Source: an uncultured Verrucomicrobiae bacterium
Lineage (GTDB): Bacteria > Verrucomicrobiota > Verrucomicrobiia > Chthoniobacterales > JAFAMB01
Reading direction: 5' to 3'
Assembly (NCBI GenBank): GCA_963782115.1
Contig: CAWAIK010000005.1
Span: forward strand, 32,001 to 96,000
Length of the DNA: 64,000 nucleotides
A model generated the notes under the pieces. It had not been told where the DNA came from. It saw only the letters and a program-made list of their open reading frames with translations, and did not search any database. Shown piece by piece: positions 10,050 through 20,238 of the stretch. The first letter of the stretch is position 1, and the number at the start of each line of letters is the position of its first letter. Made by a program: the position numbers and the translations under genes.

Positions 10050-13000
10050 CTATTGGCATATCCGGAACTCTGAACCGCTAACCGGAACATTAACCACCAC
10101 GCTGGTTCCCCGGCCGGGCGCAGTACGAATGTCTAATGATCCGTTTAGTTTCTTCACTCTTGCCCGCATGTTCACAAATCCGAATCCTTCTCTGGCTTCT
10201 GCCTCGCTGGTTATACCGCGTCCGTTGTCTTTTACTTTGAGAATAAGGTTCTGGGAATCAGAGCGTAAACTGACGCTGATAACCGTCGGTTTAGCATGGC
10301 GGACGGCGTTGCTGATTGCTTCCTGCGCAATTCGTAGGAGATCTTGCCGGGCTGAGGGCGGCAAGCTTTCTTCCGGTACACCGTGTGAACGAAAATTACA
10401 GCGCAAACTGCCTGGGATATTTGAACGCTCGGCCAACTTTTGCAAAGCCTCGACTAATCCTGCCTCCTCGATGAGAGTGGGTTGAAGGCTGAAGGCGGAA
10501 CGACGCGCCTCAGCCAGTCCAAATTGTGCCAGCTCGGATGCCCGTTCTACGTAGCTAAGGCCATTGTTGTCCCCCGCTTTAATAACCGCCTGAGCTGCAC
10601 CCAGCTGCATCGAGACCCCGGTAAACAATTGAGCGAGCGAGTCATGGATCTCGCCAGCGAGCTGGTTTCGCTCCTCGAGAACGGCAGATTGTCTGGCGGT
10701 TTTCGCCAATCGGGTGAGCTGAATGGCCAAGCTGGCCTGGGTCGCTAAGGCTCGCGCTATTTCGAGCTCCTCGGGATGAAAATCGCGCTCCTCCGTAAAA
10801 CGGAAGGTCAATCGGCCATTTACTTGGCCACCCGAAGTCAAAGAAATAATCAGTATGGTCTTTACACCAAGCCCGAGCAGATAAGAGCGGTGTCCGTCAG
10901 GCATTGGCGAATGCGGATCAAGAGTGCTGGTGACGGCGGTCGGCTGATCCAAAAAAAGGGCGAAGCGTTGTTCATCGAGCGACACGGTTCGCCAGCCTTC
11001 CGGGTATTGCGCTTCGGCGGGAGACATCACTCGGCCATTTTGGAAGACGAGTTCCAGCGGCAAGGTGTTTTGCTCGAAGTTGCGTACTCGCAAAGTGGAT
11101 GAGACGCCACCCAATTGCCGGGTCATGGTAGCCATCACCTGCCCAAGGAACTCATCCAGTTTGGGCACCGAGGCAAGCGCATCGAGACATCCGCGAAGGG
11201 CTTCGTTCGCTCTCCCCAACTCGGCCGCACGCTGCAGCGCGAACGTCTCTCGCTCGCGGGCAAGGGCAGCTTGCATTTCCTGCGCGCGCTTCGACTCCGT
11301 GATGTCCGTTGAGATGCCACAAATCGCATACTGCTTGCCTGTGCCGTCCCGCAGGAGAAATTTCACTGCTACATAATGACGCACACTCTCCGCCATTGGT
11401 ATGGCCACCTCAAATTGGATGGGCCTGCCGGATTCGATGACCTGCCGATCGTTCGCTTGTATCTTTTCAGCAATATCGCGTGGAAGAAAGTCATAGTCGG
11501 TTTTTCCCCGGATTTGGTCACGCTGAATCTGAAATCGGTGTTCATGTTCGCGGTTTACCAAAAGATAATGAAGATCGAGATCTTTGACGGAAACGACGGC
11601 CGTGGTGTGGTCCAAGATGTCTTCCAACTGCTGTTCGCTCTTTTTGAGCGCTTCTTCCGCGCGCCTCCGCTCGCTGATCTCGGTCTGCAGATCTTCATTG
11701 GTGCGCCTTATTTCGGCATACAGCCGAGCTTGCTCCAAAGAAATCGCCGCTTGTGAAGCGATCAATTCCAAGGTCGCCAGCCGATCGGGTGTGAAAACCC
11801 CGGGTGCCAAGTTGTTCTCCAAATAGAGGACGCCCATCAGTGTGCGCTGCTTGATCAAAGGAAGACAAAACACTGATCGAGGACGTTTTCGCCGTATGTA
11901 TTCGTCTTCCGAAAACAGATTCTCGGTAAGAGCATCATGCAAAGTCACACTTTCTTGGGTTCGGATGACGTGACGAAACAATGATTCCGGTAACTCGGAA
12001 GGAGCCACTAACGATCGGCGAAAATGAACAGTGACCTTGTCACTATCGCTGCTGGCTTCTGCTTCGATTCTCTGCTCATTACCTCGCGCGAGGATCAAGA
12101 GACCGCGCTCAGCACCTGCCTGCTCGAGTGCTATTCGCATGAGTGTGTTGATCAATTTGTCTAGGACGATCTCGCCGGAGATGGCTTGCGACACTTTGAT
12201 CACCGTCGCGAGGTCAAGGTGTTCGACCGGTGCGCCGATCGTGCTATCCGGAGCAGGTACTGGCGCTTCTTCCCTGAGGTATGGATATAACTCTTCCAGT
12301 TGGCGAACCTTCCCTGCGGCTCCCCAACGGAGATAACAGTGCCAGGCGTTTCGCATGTACGCATGGGCAATCGTTTCAAAACCACGCGCCACGTAGAATC
12401 GCGCGGCCAGTTCGTGGGCGAGCGCCTCATTATGGACAAAGCCGTTCGCCTGGGCTGAGCGGATGGCGTGTTCGTAGAGGCGCTCGGCATCGAGTTCGCG
12501 AGCTTCGATCCGGGCGATCTCGGCGCCGACCAGTGAGGCGCGATTTTCGAAATTCTCCGGGCAATTTTCTGCCCATACTTCCAATTGTGCGTGGTGCGCG
12601 GTCAGAGCCTCGAAATGCTGTTGTCGTTGGCCGGCCGCTGCGGAATCGCAGGATGCGGCGCGGGACAGCGCGCCGTAAAAGTGATATTCCGCGGTTTCAA
12701 AACAGGATGGGGATGTCCAAAGCAGCCGTTGCGCCCTCAAGGAGGCATCGACGGCCGCAGCATAGTCCCCGGCAAAGAAGCGCGCCTGCAGTTTGCGGGT
12801 CCAATACCAGCATTCGGGCAGCGCCAAAGCCGGGTTACCGGACAAATGGCCCTCGAACCGAAGCTCATTAAACTGCCCATCGTCAAAGGAACCAAATTTC
12901 TGCGTCAAGCTACGGAGGGATCGGATCAGCCCGAGCTGCGCTGCAATGCGGTCAATGACGAGACCAAACCGCATCTTATCGGCAAACTCGAGGCCACGCT

Positions 13001-16000
13001 CGGCTTCGCGTTGCACCTCAACGAGCGGATCGCCCGCCGCGAGCAGGTTCGTGTTCAGGTCCATGCGGCTGTACGCCGCAAATGTGAGATCGCCGATCTT
13101 GTTCGCGGCCTCGAACGCCCGACGCAGCAGATCGCGGGCAGTCTTGACATGTTTCGTCCAGGGCATGACAAGATTTCCAAAGCTCACATAGGTCCTGGCC
13201 AGGAAGCGCCTCAAGCCACGTTTTTCGACCAGTTCATAGCCAAGCCGACCGAATCGAAATCCGGCCTTGTAGTTGTCGAAATGCGGGCCGGCTATCACGC
13301 CAAGCCATACATAGGCGAAGCACGAACCGTCGCTGTTGCCATGCTCGAGGCTGAGGTTGACCGCCCTGCATATAGCCAGGGAAAGAAGGTTCGCATCCGT
13401 AAACAATGCAGGTGGTAATACCTTGGTCAGCACATCCAGGGTCGCGAGCGACGCCGGGTCGCTCATCAAGGGCAGCTCAATGAGCTCCTCAATCGCGCGG
13501 CTCCCGAGCTGTGACCAGATCCGATCGTATTCGCGTCGCGCTTCCTCTTCTGTCGGATGCGGTGACCATTCGATTCCCAGATATCGGAGGTATTCGAGAC
13601 CGACGCCGACCGCGCGGTCGCTCTGATCGCGGGTCGTGTATAGATCCACGCGCAGACACGCGACGCTCGCTAGCTCGACCGTATTTTCAGCGCGGGCTGA
13701 AAGCGGCGCCAAGCGCTGCTCCGCGGCCGCCAACTCGCCGGTCAGGAACTCGCATTCGGCCCGATTTATCTCCAGAGAGAAGGCAAGTTCATGCCGGGGC
13801 TCCCAGCCGTCCTCCGCCAGCAGCGCCGCGCCGGCAGTGAGATAGGTAAGCGCCGCGGCGTAGGCGGTGGACGCCTTGGCGCGCCTGCCCGCGAGCAGGT
13901 TGAGCTCCGCCACTTGCTCGCGTTCGTCTCGTGTGGCGATCAGCGCGGCGCCGCGATTGAGCTGATTGACGATCTCGAAGATCGCCTCCTCCCGCTTCTC
14001 CGGCGGCGTGTGCGCCGCGAGCAGCCTGCCGATCCCGAGGTGGGCCGCAGCGCGCGAGTCTGGCGGGATCAGTGAATAAGCGGCTTCCTGGACGCGGTCA
14101 TGGAGGAACCTATAGGCACCTTCCGAGCGGAACACGAGTCCCGTTCGGACCGCTTCCCAAAGGCGGCCGTGGATGTCCTCCCTCGAATCCTCGCAAACCA
14201 TGGTCAGCAGGGCGAACTCTGCGCTGCTGCCCATGCAGGCAAGCTGCTGCAATGCCCTCTGGGTTTCAACGGGCAGTCGGTTCAACTTCCCAACCATGAG
14301 GTCCACCACATTATCGGTGTAACCCTTGGCGTGAATGCGATCGAGATTCCAGGACCATCGCGCGTCGCCGTGATCGAAGGTCAACAATTGCTCTTCGGCG
14401 AGCGCAGAGAGGAACTGTATGGCGAAAAACGGATTGCCGGCCGTCTTCTCGTGGACCAGTTGCGCAAGCGGGGTGGCGCGCTCCGGTTCGCAGTGAAGAG
14501 AATCCCCAATCAACCGTCCCAGGTCTTCACGGGCGAGGGGCGCAAGGATGATCTCGTGCACGATCGCTCCCGCTTTGCGGATCGCTTCGAGCTTGCGCAT
14601 CAGCGGATGGGCGGAGCTGACCTCGTTCTCCCGATAGGCGCCGATCAACATCAGGTGCTGCACATCCGGCTGGGTCAGCAGATCCTCGAGCAGATCGAGC
14701 GTTGCCGGGTCGAGCCATTGCAAATCGTCGAGGAACAGGGCAAGCGGATGTTCCGGCCGTGCGAATACGGCGATGAATCGCCGGAACACGAGCTGAAACC
14801 GACTTTGTGCCTGCTGCGGCGGAAGCTCCGGAACCGGCGGCTGTTCACCGATGATGAGCTTCAGTTCGGGGACCAGGTTGACCATGAGCTGTCCGTTCGG
14901 GCCTAGAGCCTCCAGCAGGGCGTGGCGCCAGCTCGCCAATTCGGCCTCGCTCTTGCCGAGAAGAGGTCGCGCAAGGCTCTGAAAAGCCTGCACCAGCGTC
15001 GAATAGGGGATGTCGCGTTTGTACTGGTCGAACTTGCCTGATGCGAAGAGCCCGCGCGGTGGAACAAGCACTCTATGCAGTTCATTGGCGACCGAGGATT
15101 TGCCAATACCGGAATATCCGGAAACCAGCACCAACTCGGGCGCGCCGCTCTTGACGATGCGATCAAAGGAGGCGAGCAAAGCATCGACCTCGCGCGCCCT
15201 TCCGTACAGCTTCTCGGGGATCAGCAGCCGGTCGGGCGCGTCGTGTTCGCCGAGCGAAAATGGGTCGATGCGCCCCTGACGCTCCCATTGGGAAAGACAG
15301 TGCCGAAGATCACTCTCAAGGCCGGCTGCGGTCTGGTACCGTTCCTCGGCCGTCTTGGCCAGCAGCTTCATGATGATTTGGGAGACCGGGACCGGGACAT
15401 TCTCCAACCGCTCTCTGGGCGCCACCGGCTTTCTCGCGATATGGCAGTGCACCCATTCCATGGGATCGAACGCGGTGAACGGCAGTGAGCCCGTGAGCAT
15501 CTGGTAGAGCGTGACACCGAGCGAGTAGAGGTCGCTGCGGGAATCAATGGAGCGGTTCATCCGTCCGGTCTGTTCGGGCGCCATGTAGGCGAGCGTCCCG
15601 GCAATCGACTCGGGCGGATCGGGCGCCTGGCGCTCGCGTGGAAGCCGCGAAGCGATACCAAAGCCCATCAGCCAGCACTGGCCAGCGTCGGAGTTCACCA
15701 GAACATTGGCCGGCTTGATGTCCTTGTGAATGACGCCGCGCTGATGCAAGTGACCAATCGCAGTCGAAAGGCTAATGGCCAGACGCAACAAAAACGCTAC
15801 GTTCAGTGGTTGACCGAGCAGTCGATCGAGAGGCACACCGCCGGGATCATCCAACAATAGTACCGTACGGTTCCAGTGGCGAGCCATTGCGAACGGTCGG
15901 GCAGCCCACCTGGGATCCAACTCTTCCCTTAGAGAATATGCGTGCTCCAACCATTTCAGAATTTCCGGTGCGGGATACTCCGCCACCGACGAAAGCACAA

Positions 16001-16118
16001 GAACCCGAGATCCATCGTCCTTACTCCGCCCGCGATAAAGAATGAACTCTTCATCCTTCCGCAGCGCCTCGAGGATATATCGGGATAGATCATTCACGGG
16101 CGGGATCCAGCCCATCAA
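10050..16118 (-). CDS. Multidomain sensor: Ser/Thr-kinase-like, AAA ATPase, GAF, PAS, GAF, HisKA_3/HATPase
   Basis: HKDIKPAN and GTLAYMAPE kinase motifs, Walker A GYSGIGKS, LFLDDLQW, GAF (GVLYLEN), PAS, H-box EIHDSLAQ, QEAISNAVRHA and DNGRG. Confidence 0.95.
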   Translation of the reverse strand: MMGWIPPVNDLSRYILEALRKDEEFILYRGRSKDDGSRVLVLSSVAEYPAPEILKWLEHAYSLREELDPRWAARPFAMARHWNRTVLLLDDPGGVPLDRLLGQPLNVAFLLRLAISLSTAIGHLHQRGVIHKDIKPANVLVNSDAGQCWLMGFGIASRLPRERQAPDPPESIAGTLAYMAPEQTGRMNRSIDSRSDLYSLGVTLYQMLTGSLPFTAFDPMEWVHCHIARKPVAPRERLENVPVPVSQIIMKLLAKTAEERYQTAAGLESDLRHCLSQWERQGRIDPFSLGEHDAPDRLLIPEKLYGRAREVDALLASFDRIVKSGAPELVLVSGYSGIGKSSVANELHRVLVPPRGLFASGKFDQYKRDIPYSTLVQAFQSLARPLLGKSEAELASWRHALLEALGPNGQLMVNLVPELKLIIGEQPPVPELPPQQAQSRFQLVFRRFIAVFARPEHPLALFLDDLQWLDPATLDLLEDLLTQPDVQHLMLIGAYRENEVSSAHPLMRKLEAIRKAGAIVHEIILAPLAREDLGRLIGDSLHCEPERATPLAQLVHEKTAGNPFFAIQFLSALAEEQLLTFDHGDARWSWNLDRIHAKGYTDNVVDLMVGKLNRLPVETQRALQQLACMGSSAEFALLTMVCEDSREDIHGRLWEAVRTGLVFRSEGAYRFLHDRVQEAAYSLIPPDSRAAAHLGIGRLLAAHTPPEKREEAIFEIVNQLNRGAALIATRDEREQVAELNLLAGRRAKASTAYAAALTYLTAGAALLAEDGWEPRHELAFSLEINRAECEFLTGELAAAEQRLAPLSARAENTVELASVACLRVDLYTTRDQSDRAVGVGLEYLRYLGIEWSPHPTEEEARREYDRIWSQLGSRAIEELIELPLMSDPASLATLDVLTKVLPPALFTDANLLSLAICRAVNLSLEHGNSDGSCFAYVWLGVIAGPHFDNYKAGFRFGRLGYELVEKRGLRRFLARTYVSFGNLVMPWTKHVKTARDLLRRAFEAANKIGDLTFAAYSRMDLNTNLLAAGDPLVEVQREAERGLEFADKMRFGLVIDRIAAQLGLIRSLRSLTQKFGSFDDGQFNELRFEGHLSGNPALALPECWYWTRKLQARFFAGDYAAAVDASLRAQRLLWTSPSCFETAEYHFYGALSRAASCDSAAAGQRQQHFEALTAHHAQLEVWAENCPENFENRASLVGAEIARIEARELDAERLYEHAIRSAQANGFVHNEALAHELAARFYVARGFETIAHAYMRNAWHCYLRWGAAGKVRQLEELYPYLREEAPVPAPDSTIGAPVEHLDLATVIKVSQAISGEIVLDKLINTLMRIALEQAGAERGLLILARGNEQRIEAEASSDSDKVTVHFRRSLVAPSELPESLFRHVIRTQESVTLHDALTENLFSEDEYIRRKRPRSVFCLPLIKQRTLMGVLYLENNLAPGVFTPDRLATLELIASQAAISLEQARLYAEIRRTNEDLQTEISERRRAEEALKKSEQQLEDILDHTTAVVSVKDLDLHYLLVNREHEHRFQIQRDQIRGKTDYDFLPRDIAEKIQANDRQVIESGRPIQFEVAIPMAESVRHYVAVKFLLRDGTGKQYAICGISTDITESKRAQEMQAALARERETFALQRAAELGRANEALRGCLDALASVPKLDEFLGQVMATMTRQLGGVSSTLRVRNFEQNTLPLELVFQNGRVMSPAEAQYPEGWRTVSLDEQRFALFLDQPTAVTSTLDPHSPMPDGHRSYLLGLGVKTILIISLTSGGQVNGRLTFRFTEERDFHPEELEIARALATQASLAIQLTRLAKTARQSAVLEERNQLAGEIHDSLAQLFTGVSMQLGAAQAVIKAGDNNGLSYVERASELAQFGLAEARRSAFSLQPTLIEEAGLVEALQKLAERSNIPGSLRCNFRSHGVPEESLPPSARQDLLRIAQEAISNAVRHAKPTVISVSLRSDSQNLILKVKDNGRGITSEAEAREGFGFVNMRARVKKLNGSLDIRTAPGRGTSVVVNVPVSGSEFRICQ

Positions 16119-16214
16119 TTTACACCATTTTCGCTATCAGCCAGCAAAAGGCGGAATGAGGCTCTTAAGTGACTCGAAGGTGTGGGACCTTGGTCATCGT
16201 CGGCCCATTCTCGC

Positions 16215-16243
16215 GTTCGGCGCTCGGCGTTCGGCGTTTGGCG
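16215..16243. repeat. Short tandem 7-mer repeat (TCGGCGT-like)
   Basis: GTTCGGCGCTCGGCGTTCGGCGTTTGGCG in intergenic DNA. Confidence 0.5.
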
Positions 16244-16457
16244 CGGCCGTTCCCGGCGCTGTCGGTTCTCAAAGCTTACTGGCCTCACGGCTCAGCATGC
16301 CATAACGGACGATTTCCCACTCCTCGCTCGGGGATCCAAACCGCCGTGCCCACTGCCTCTCGGTCAGGAGTTGCCGTTGCGGCCGAAGGTCGGGCAGGCC
16401 GTCGCTTTCTCATAGTCGCTATCCAAAAGGTGTGCACACGTGAGCTTATTCACCCGC

Positions 16458-17537
16458 TCAGAAAGGTAATTCCTTGGCCGTTGGATACCCGTGCTGCTGA
16501 CGACCAAGATCGCCATCATAGAATTTGGTCGTTTTAAAGCGCTCGTAGCGTCCGTCGGCCGCAAACGCACGAGACCGCTCGCGTAAGGCGTCCATCTCGG
16601 CCGCCTCCATGGGCTTGAACTTGCGGGCAATCTCTAGGTTTTGCCCCAGCACGGCCAATGAATCCATTCCGCTAATCGTCGTCGCTACCGGCAGGCTCAT
16701 CGCATAACGCAGGCCCTCTTCCGGCGTAATCATCCCGCTGGTCACCATTTCGCCACTGCCGCCCAGGCTCTTCATGCCTAAGGCAGCCATATCGCGCCGG
16801 TTTACCTCCGGCAAAACCTGCGTTTCAAAGCTACGGAAGGTGGCGTCAAAGCAGTTCAACGGCATCTGCACGGTGTCAAAGGGAAACTCGTGCGCCAGCA
16901 TGCGCAGGTGAATGGCCGGATCTTTGTGCCCCGTAAAACCGATAAAGCGCACCTTGCCCTGCTGCTTAGCCAGCAACAGCGCTTCGGCCACGCCCCCAGG
17001 TGCGAAAATCAGATCCGGATCGTTGTCGTACACCACCTCGTGAATTTGCCAAACATCCAGATGATCCGTCTTTAGCCGGCGCAAGGATTCTTCCAGCATC
17101 CTCATGGCAACGTCTTTGCCCCGTCCGTGGGTGCAAACCTTGGTCATCAGTATCGCCTGGTCGCGCTTGCCCTGCAGCGCGTTGCCCAGACGGGCCTCAC
17201 TTTCGCCCTCGTGATATTCCCAGGCGTTATCGAAAAAATTCACGCCAGCATCCAAAGCGCGGCCAACAATTTTGGTCGCTTCCTGCTGATCTTTGGCCGT
17301 ACCAAGATGGTAGCCCCCAACCCCCAACGCCGAGACGTTGATGCCCGTCTTGCCCAGCGGCCGTTCCGGAACTCGACCGGCCTCGGTCTGAGATGCACCC
17401 GTGGGTTCAACCGGCTGGTCGCTGGTCTGGGCCAGGCTCTCAGCTCCTATCAAAGTGCCTGCCGTCGCTAGGGCTGCACCCTTCATAAACTCACGCCGGT
17501 TCATGTTCCAGAAATCCTGCAAACTACCCTGGCTCAT
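16458..17537 (-). CDS. Aldo/keto reductase with Tat-like signal
   Basis: NRREFMK plus hydrophobic stretch; DNAWEY, MTKV, WQIH and GFTGHKDP motifs. Confidence 0.93.
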   Translation of the reverse strand: MSQGSLQDFWNMNRREFMKGAALATAGTLIGAESLAQTSDQPVEPTGASQTEAGRVPERPLGKTGINVSALGVGGYHLGTAKDQQEATKIVGRALDAGVNFFDNAWEYHEGESEARLGNALQGKRDQAILMTKVCTHGRGKDVAMRMLEESLRRLKTDHLDVWQIHEVVYDNDPDLIFAPGGVAEALLLAKQQGKVRFIGFTGHKDPAIHLRMLAHEFPFDTVQMPLNCFDATFRSFETQVLPEVNRRDMAALGMKSLGGSGEMVTSGMITPEEGLRYAMSLPVATTISGMDSLAVLGQNLEIARKFKPMEAAEMDALRERSRAFAADGRYERFKTTKFYDGDLGRQQHGYPTAKELPF

Positions 17538-18517
17538 GATTTCATCTCCGGAAAAGGACGCCCGGTGTTCTGGCTTTCTTGGAGCATTTCCTTTACTTCC
17601 ATCTGCTGCGCGTCGAGCGGAAACCCGTGAGCCAGGCGGGCCTCAGGATTGTCGAATTGCAGTGACACCTTGTAATGCTCGAATCGACCATCGGCGGCCA
17701 CAGGGCGACAACGCTGCCGGAGCGCCTCCATTTCCTTCGGCGTCATGGGTTGGAAATATTGCGCGATTTGCAGGTTCTGGTGCAACACGTCAATCTTGTC
17801 CATCCCCGTAATCGTCGTCACCACCGGCAAACTCATGGCGTACCCGAGGGCCTCATCGGGGGTGAGGACTCCCTTTTTCAGCGGCTCGCCTTTGCCGCTG
17901 AACGGTTTCATGCCTAAAGCCGCGATTCCACGCCGGCTCAACTCCGGCAGCACTTGCGTTTCGAAACTATGAAACGTGGCGTCAAAGGCGTTGAGAGGCA
18001 TTTGCACCGCATCAAACGGAAAGCCCGTCGCCAGCATCTTAAGATGGATGGCCGGGTCTTTGTGCCCGGTAAAGCCGACGTATCGCACCTTGCCCTGCTG
18101 CTTTGCCCGGTCCAGGGCTTCGGCGGCGCCGTTCGGACGAATGAAAAGTTCGGGATCATTATCGAAACAGACCCCATGGATCTGCCACAAATCGAGGTGA
18201 TCCGTCTGGAGGCGCCGCAGCGATTCTTCCAGCATCTGACTTGCCAGAGAACCGTCACGGCCATGTGTGCACACTTTCGTCATCAGAAAAACGCGATCGC
18301 GATAGCCCTTTAGGCCCTTACCCATCCAGTTTTCTGATTTGCCGCGGTTGTACTCCCAGCAGTTGTCGAAGAAGGTGATGCCCCCTTCGATGGCCTCATG
18401 GACGATTTGAACGGCGGTTTGCTCGTCTTGAGCATCGCCCAGGTGATGCCCGCCCAGTCCCAGCGCGGAAACCTGATCACTGTGCTTGCCGAAGTTTCTT
18501 ACAGGGATCGACGGCAT
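17534..18517 (-). CDS. Aldo/keto reductase without signal peptide
   Basis: DNCWEY, MTKV, WQIH and GFTGHKDP motifs; AAGGAG RBS; 4-nt ATGA overlap with the downstream paralog. Confidence 0.93.
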   Translation of the reverse strand: MPSIPVRNFGKHSDQVSALGLGGHHLGDAQDEQTAVQIVHEAIEGGITFFDNCWEYNRGKSENWMGKGLKGYRDRVFLMTKVCTHGRDGSLASQMLEESLRRLQTDHLDLWQIHGVCFDNDPELFIRPNGAAEALDRAKQQGKVRYVGFTGHKDPAIHLKMLATGFPFDAVQMPLNAFDATFHSFETQVLPELSRRGIAALGMKPFSGKGEPLKKGVLTPDEALGYAMSLPVVTTITGMDKIDVLHQNLQIAQYFQPMTPKEMEALRQRCRPVAADGRFEHYKVSLQFDNPEARLAHGFPLDAQQMEVKEMLQESQNTGRPFPEMKS

Positions 18518-18768
18518 GTTACGGCTCCTTCATCGTTCCACAATCTAGAGGATATGTGGGAAGCCCACGTTAATCAACCTCACCGGTCGAGATCGTCTAC
18601 GATTCAAAGCTTCTCTGGGTTGCGGGAACGGAAGCTGTTACACCCAGCTTACCTTCGTCGAATGTCAGCCCGCTCAGGTTTTCTTGTTGTCCCTGGACGG
18701 GCTGTTTCATTGTGCCGCGATACATCTGGTTCCCCACACGATCCACTCGGGTGATAAACACTTCGTTA

Positions 18769-18869
18769 TAGTGCACCGTCCCGCATATAATGGTGATGTC
18801 GCCGCAGGTCAGTTGGCTGTTTTAAGGCGCGAGCGAAGCGCCCATATCTGAGTCATACCGGTCGAGCGA
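18769..18869 (+). mobile_element. Left part of a MITE (family of 36782..37061)
   Basis: Near-identical to 36783-36886. Confidence 0.85.
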
Positions 18870-19094
18870 ATGCCGAATGTATAACCCTTTCGGGTGAAAA
18901 TAATTCAGCCACTCTGCCGATGGCGATCGCAAGAGCGCCAGGTTACTTTCAATCAAGAAGCAAAGTTATTATGAAGTCACTAAATGTAGTTTCATTAAAC
19001 GTGGCTAGGCTAGTCTAGTTGCTACCAACAGTTTGCCAGGACTGTTAGGCATCGGTCGAGGCCAATCACCGTGGCGAGAGTAGGGAAACAAGAT

Positions 19095-19526
19095 ATGAAA
19101 AATCCCACTGAATTTTCCAGCACAGGTAGCTTTAACATCGCCGAAATTGCCGCTTCACTGCCCGAGACAGCTACAACGCTACTAGTCGATCAGTACCTAA
19201 CCAATCGAGATGCTGCCAGCGCCCGCGTCTTTCGAGTTTACAAACCAACGCCGCCCCATTACCACGCAACGTGCGACGAATACCTTTACGTCTTCTCGGG
19301 TCGAGGGACTTTCTGGATGAAGAATCCCGAATCTCAGTTCAAGTTTCATCCGGGCCAGTTGCTTTTCTTTGAACGCGGTACGGTCCACGCCATACCAGAC
19401 ATTCTCGAAGCTCCATTGATTTTCCTATCGATCGACACCCCGCGGCGCGATCCGAAGGACGTCATCTTTGTGAAACCTGAAGACGGCACCCCTGAGAGCT
19501 TCATCCAGGCCAACCAAATAAAGTAA
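19095..19526 (+). CDS. Cupin-domain protein
   Basis: PPHYHATCDEYLYVFSGRG and GTVHAI metal-binding motifs. Confidence 0.88.
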   Translation: MKNPTEFSSTGSFNIAEIAASLPETATTLLVDQYLTNRDAASARVFRVYKPTPPHYHATCDEYLYVFSGRGTFWMKNPESQFKFHPGQLLFFERGTVHAIPDILEAPLIFLSIDTPRRDPKDVIFVKPEDGTPESFIQANQIK

Positions 19527-19531
19527 GCCAT

Positions 19532-19630
19532 GTGGCAATTGCCATTGGAGCATTTCGAGAGGGTGCGGTGCATAGTCATACGCGTCGCGCGTTGGAGGCC
19601 GGTTGCACGCCCGATGAACTCGGCCACTCG
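19532..19630 (+). pseudogene. Carboxymuconolactone decarboxylase/AhpD family fragment
   Basis: LAIAIGAFREGAVHSHTRRALEAGCTPDEL. Confidence 0.7.
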
Positions 19631-19671
19631 TGTTCTTCCTTTGAAGGGGCTGATAAGGTCGACCAGTTGAC

Positions 19672-20238
19672 CTGCTTGGAGCCCGGCTTCAGCCATGTCC
19701 TTAGAGAAGAGTTGGATCCCAGGTGGGCTGCCCGACCGATAGCAATGGCTCGTCACCGGGACCGTACGGTACTTGTGCTGCAGGATCCCGGCGGTGTGCC
19801 ACTCGATCGATTGCTCGGTCAACCATTGAACGTAGCGTTTTCGTTGCGTCTGACCGTTAGTTAGCCTGTCGACTGCGATTGGTCAGTTGCATCAGCGGGG
19901 CGTCATCCACAAGGACATCAAGCCGGCCAATGTTCTGGTGAACTCGGACACTGGCCAGTGCTGGCTGAGGGGGTTTGATATCGCTTCGCGACTTCCACGC
20001 GAACGCCAGGCTCCAGAGTCTCCCGAGTTCGTCGCCGGGACGCTTGCCTATTTGGCGCCCGAGCAGACCGGACGAATGAATCGTTCCATCGATTCCGGAG
20101 CGACCTCTACGCCCTGGGCGTCACGCTTTACGAAATGCTAACCGGGAGTCTTCCCTTCACGGCTTCCGATCCCATGGAATGGGTTCACTGCCACGTTGCA
20201 AGACAACCGATACCGCCCGGAGAGCGGTCGACGAATAC
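19672..20238 (+). pseudogene. Degraded paralog of the kinase-like N-terminus of 10050..16118
   Basis: High DNA similarity to the reverse complement of about 15400-15955 ([29 protein letters not shown]), with frameshifts. Confidence 0.9.

Noticed and set aside
10129..16045. Many plus-strand ORFs over the large kinase, and similar antisense ORFs over other genes
   Set aside because: These are shadow ORFs of GC-rich coding sequence with no recognisable motifs.
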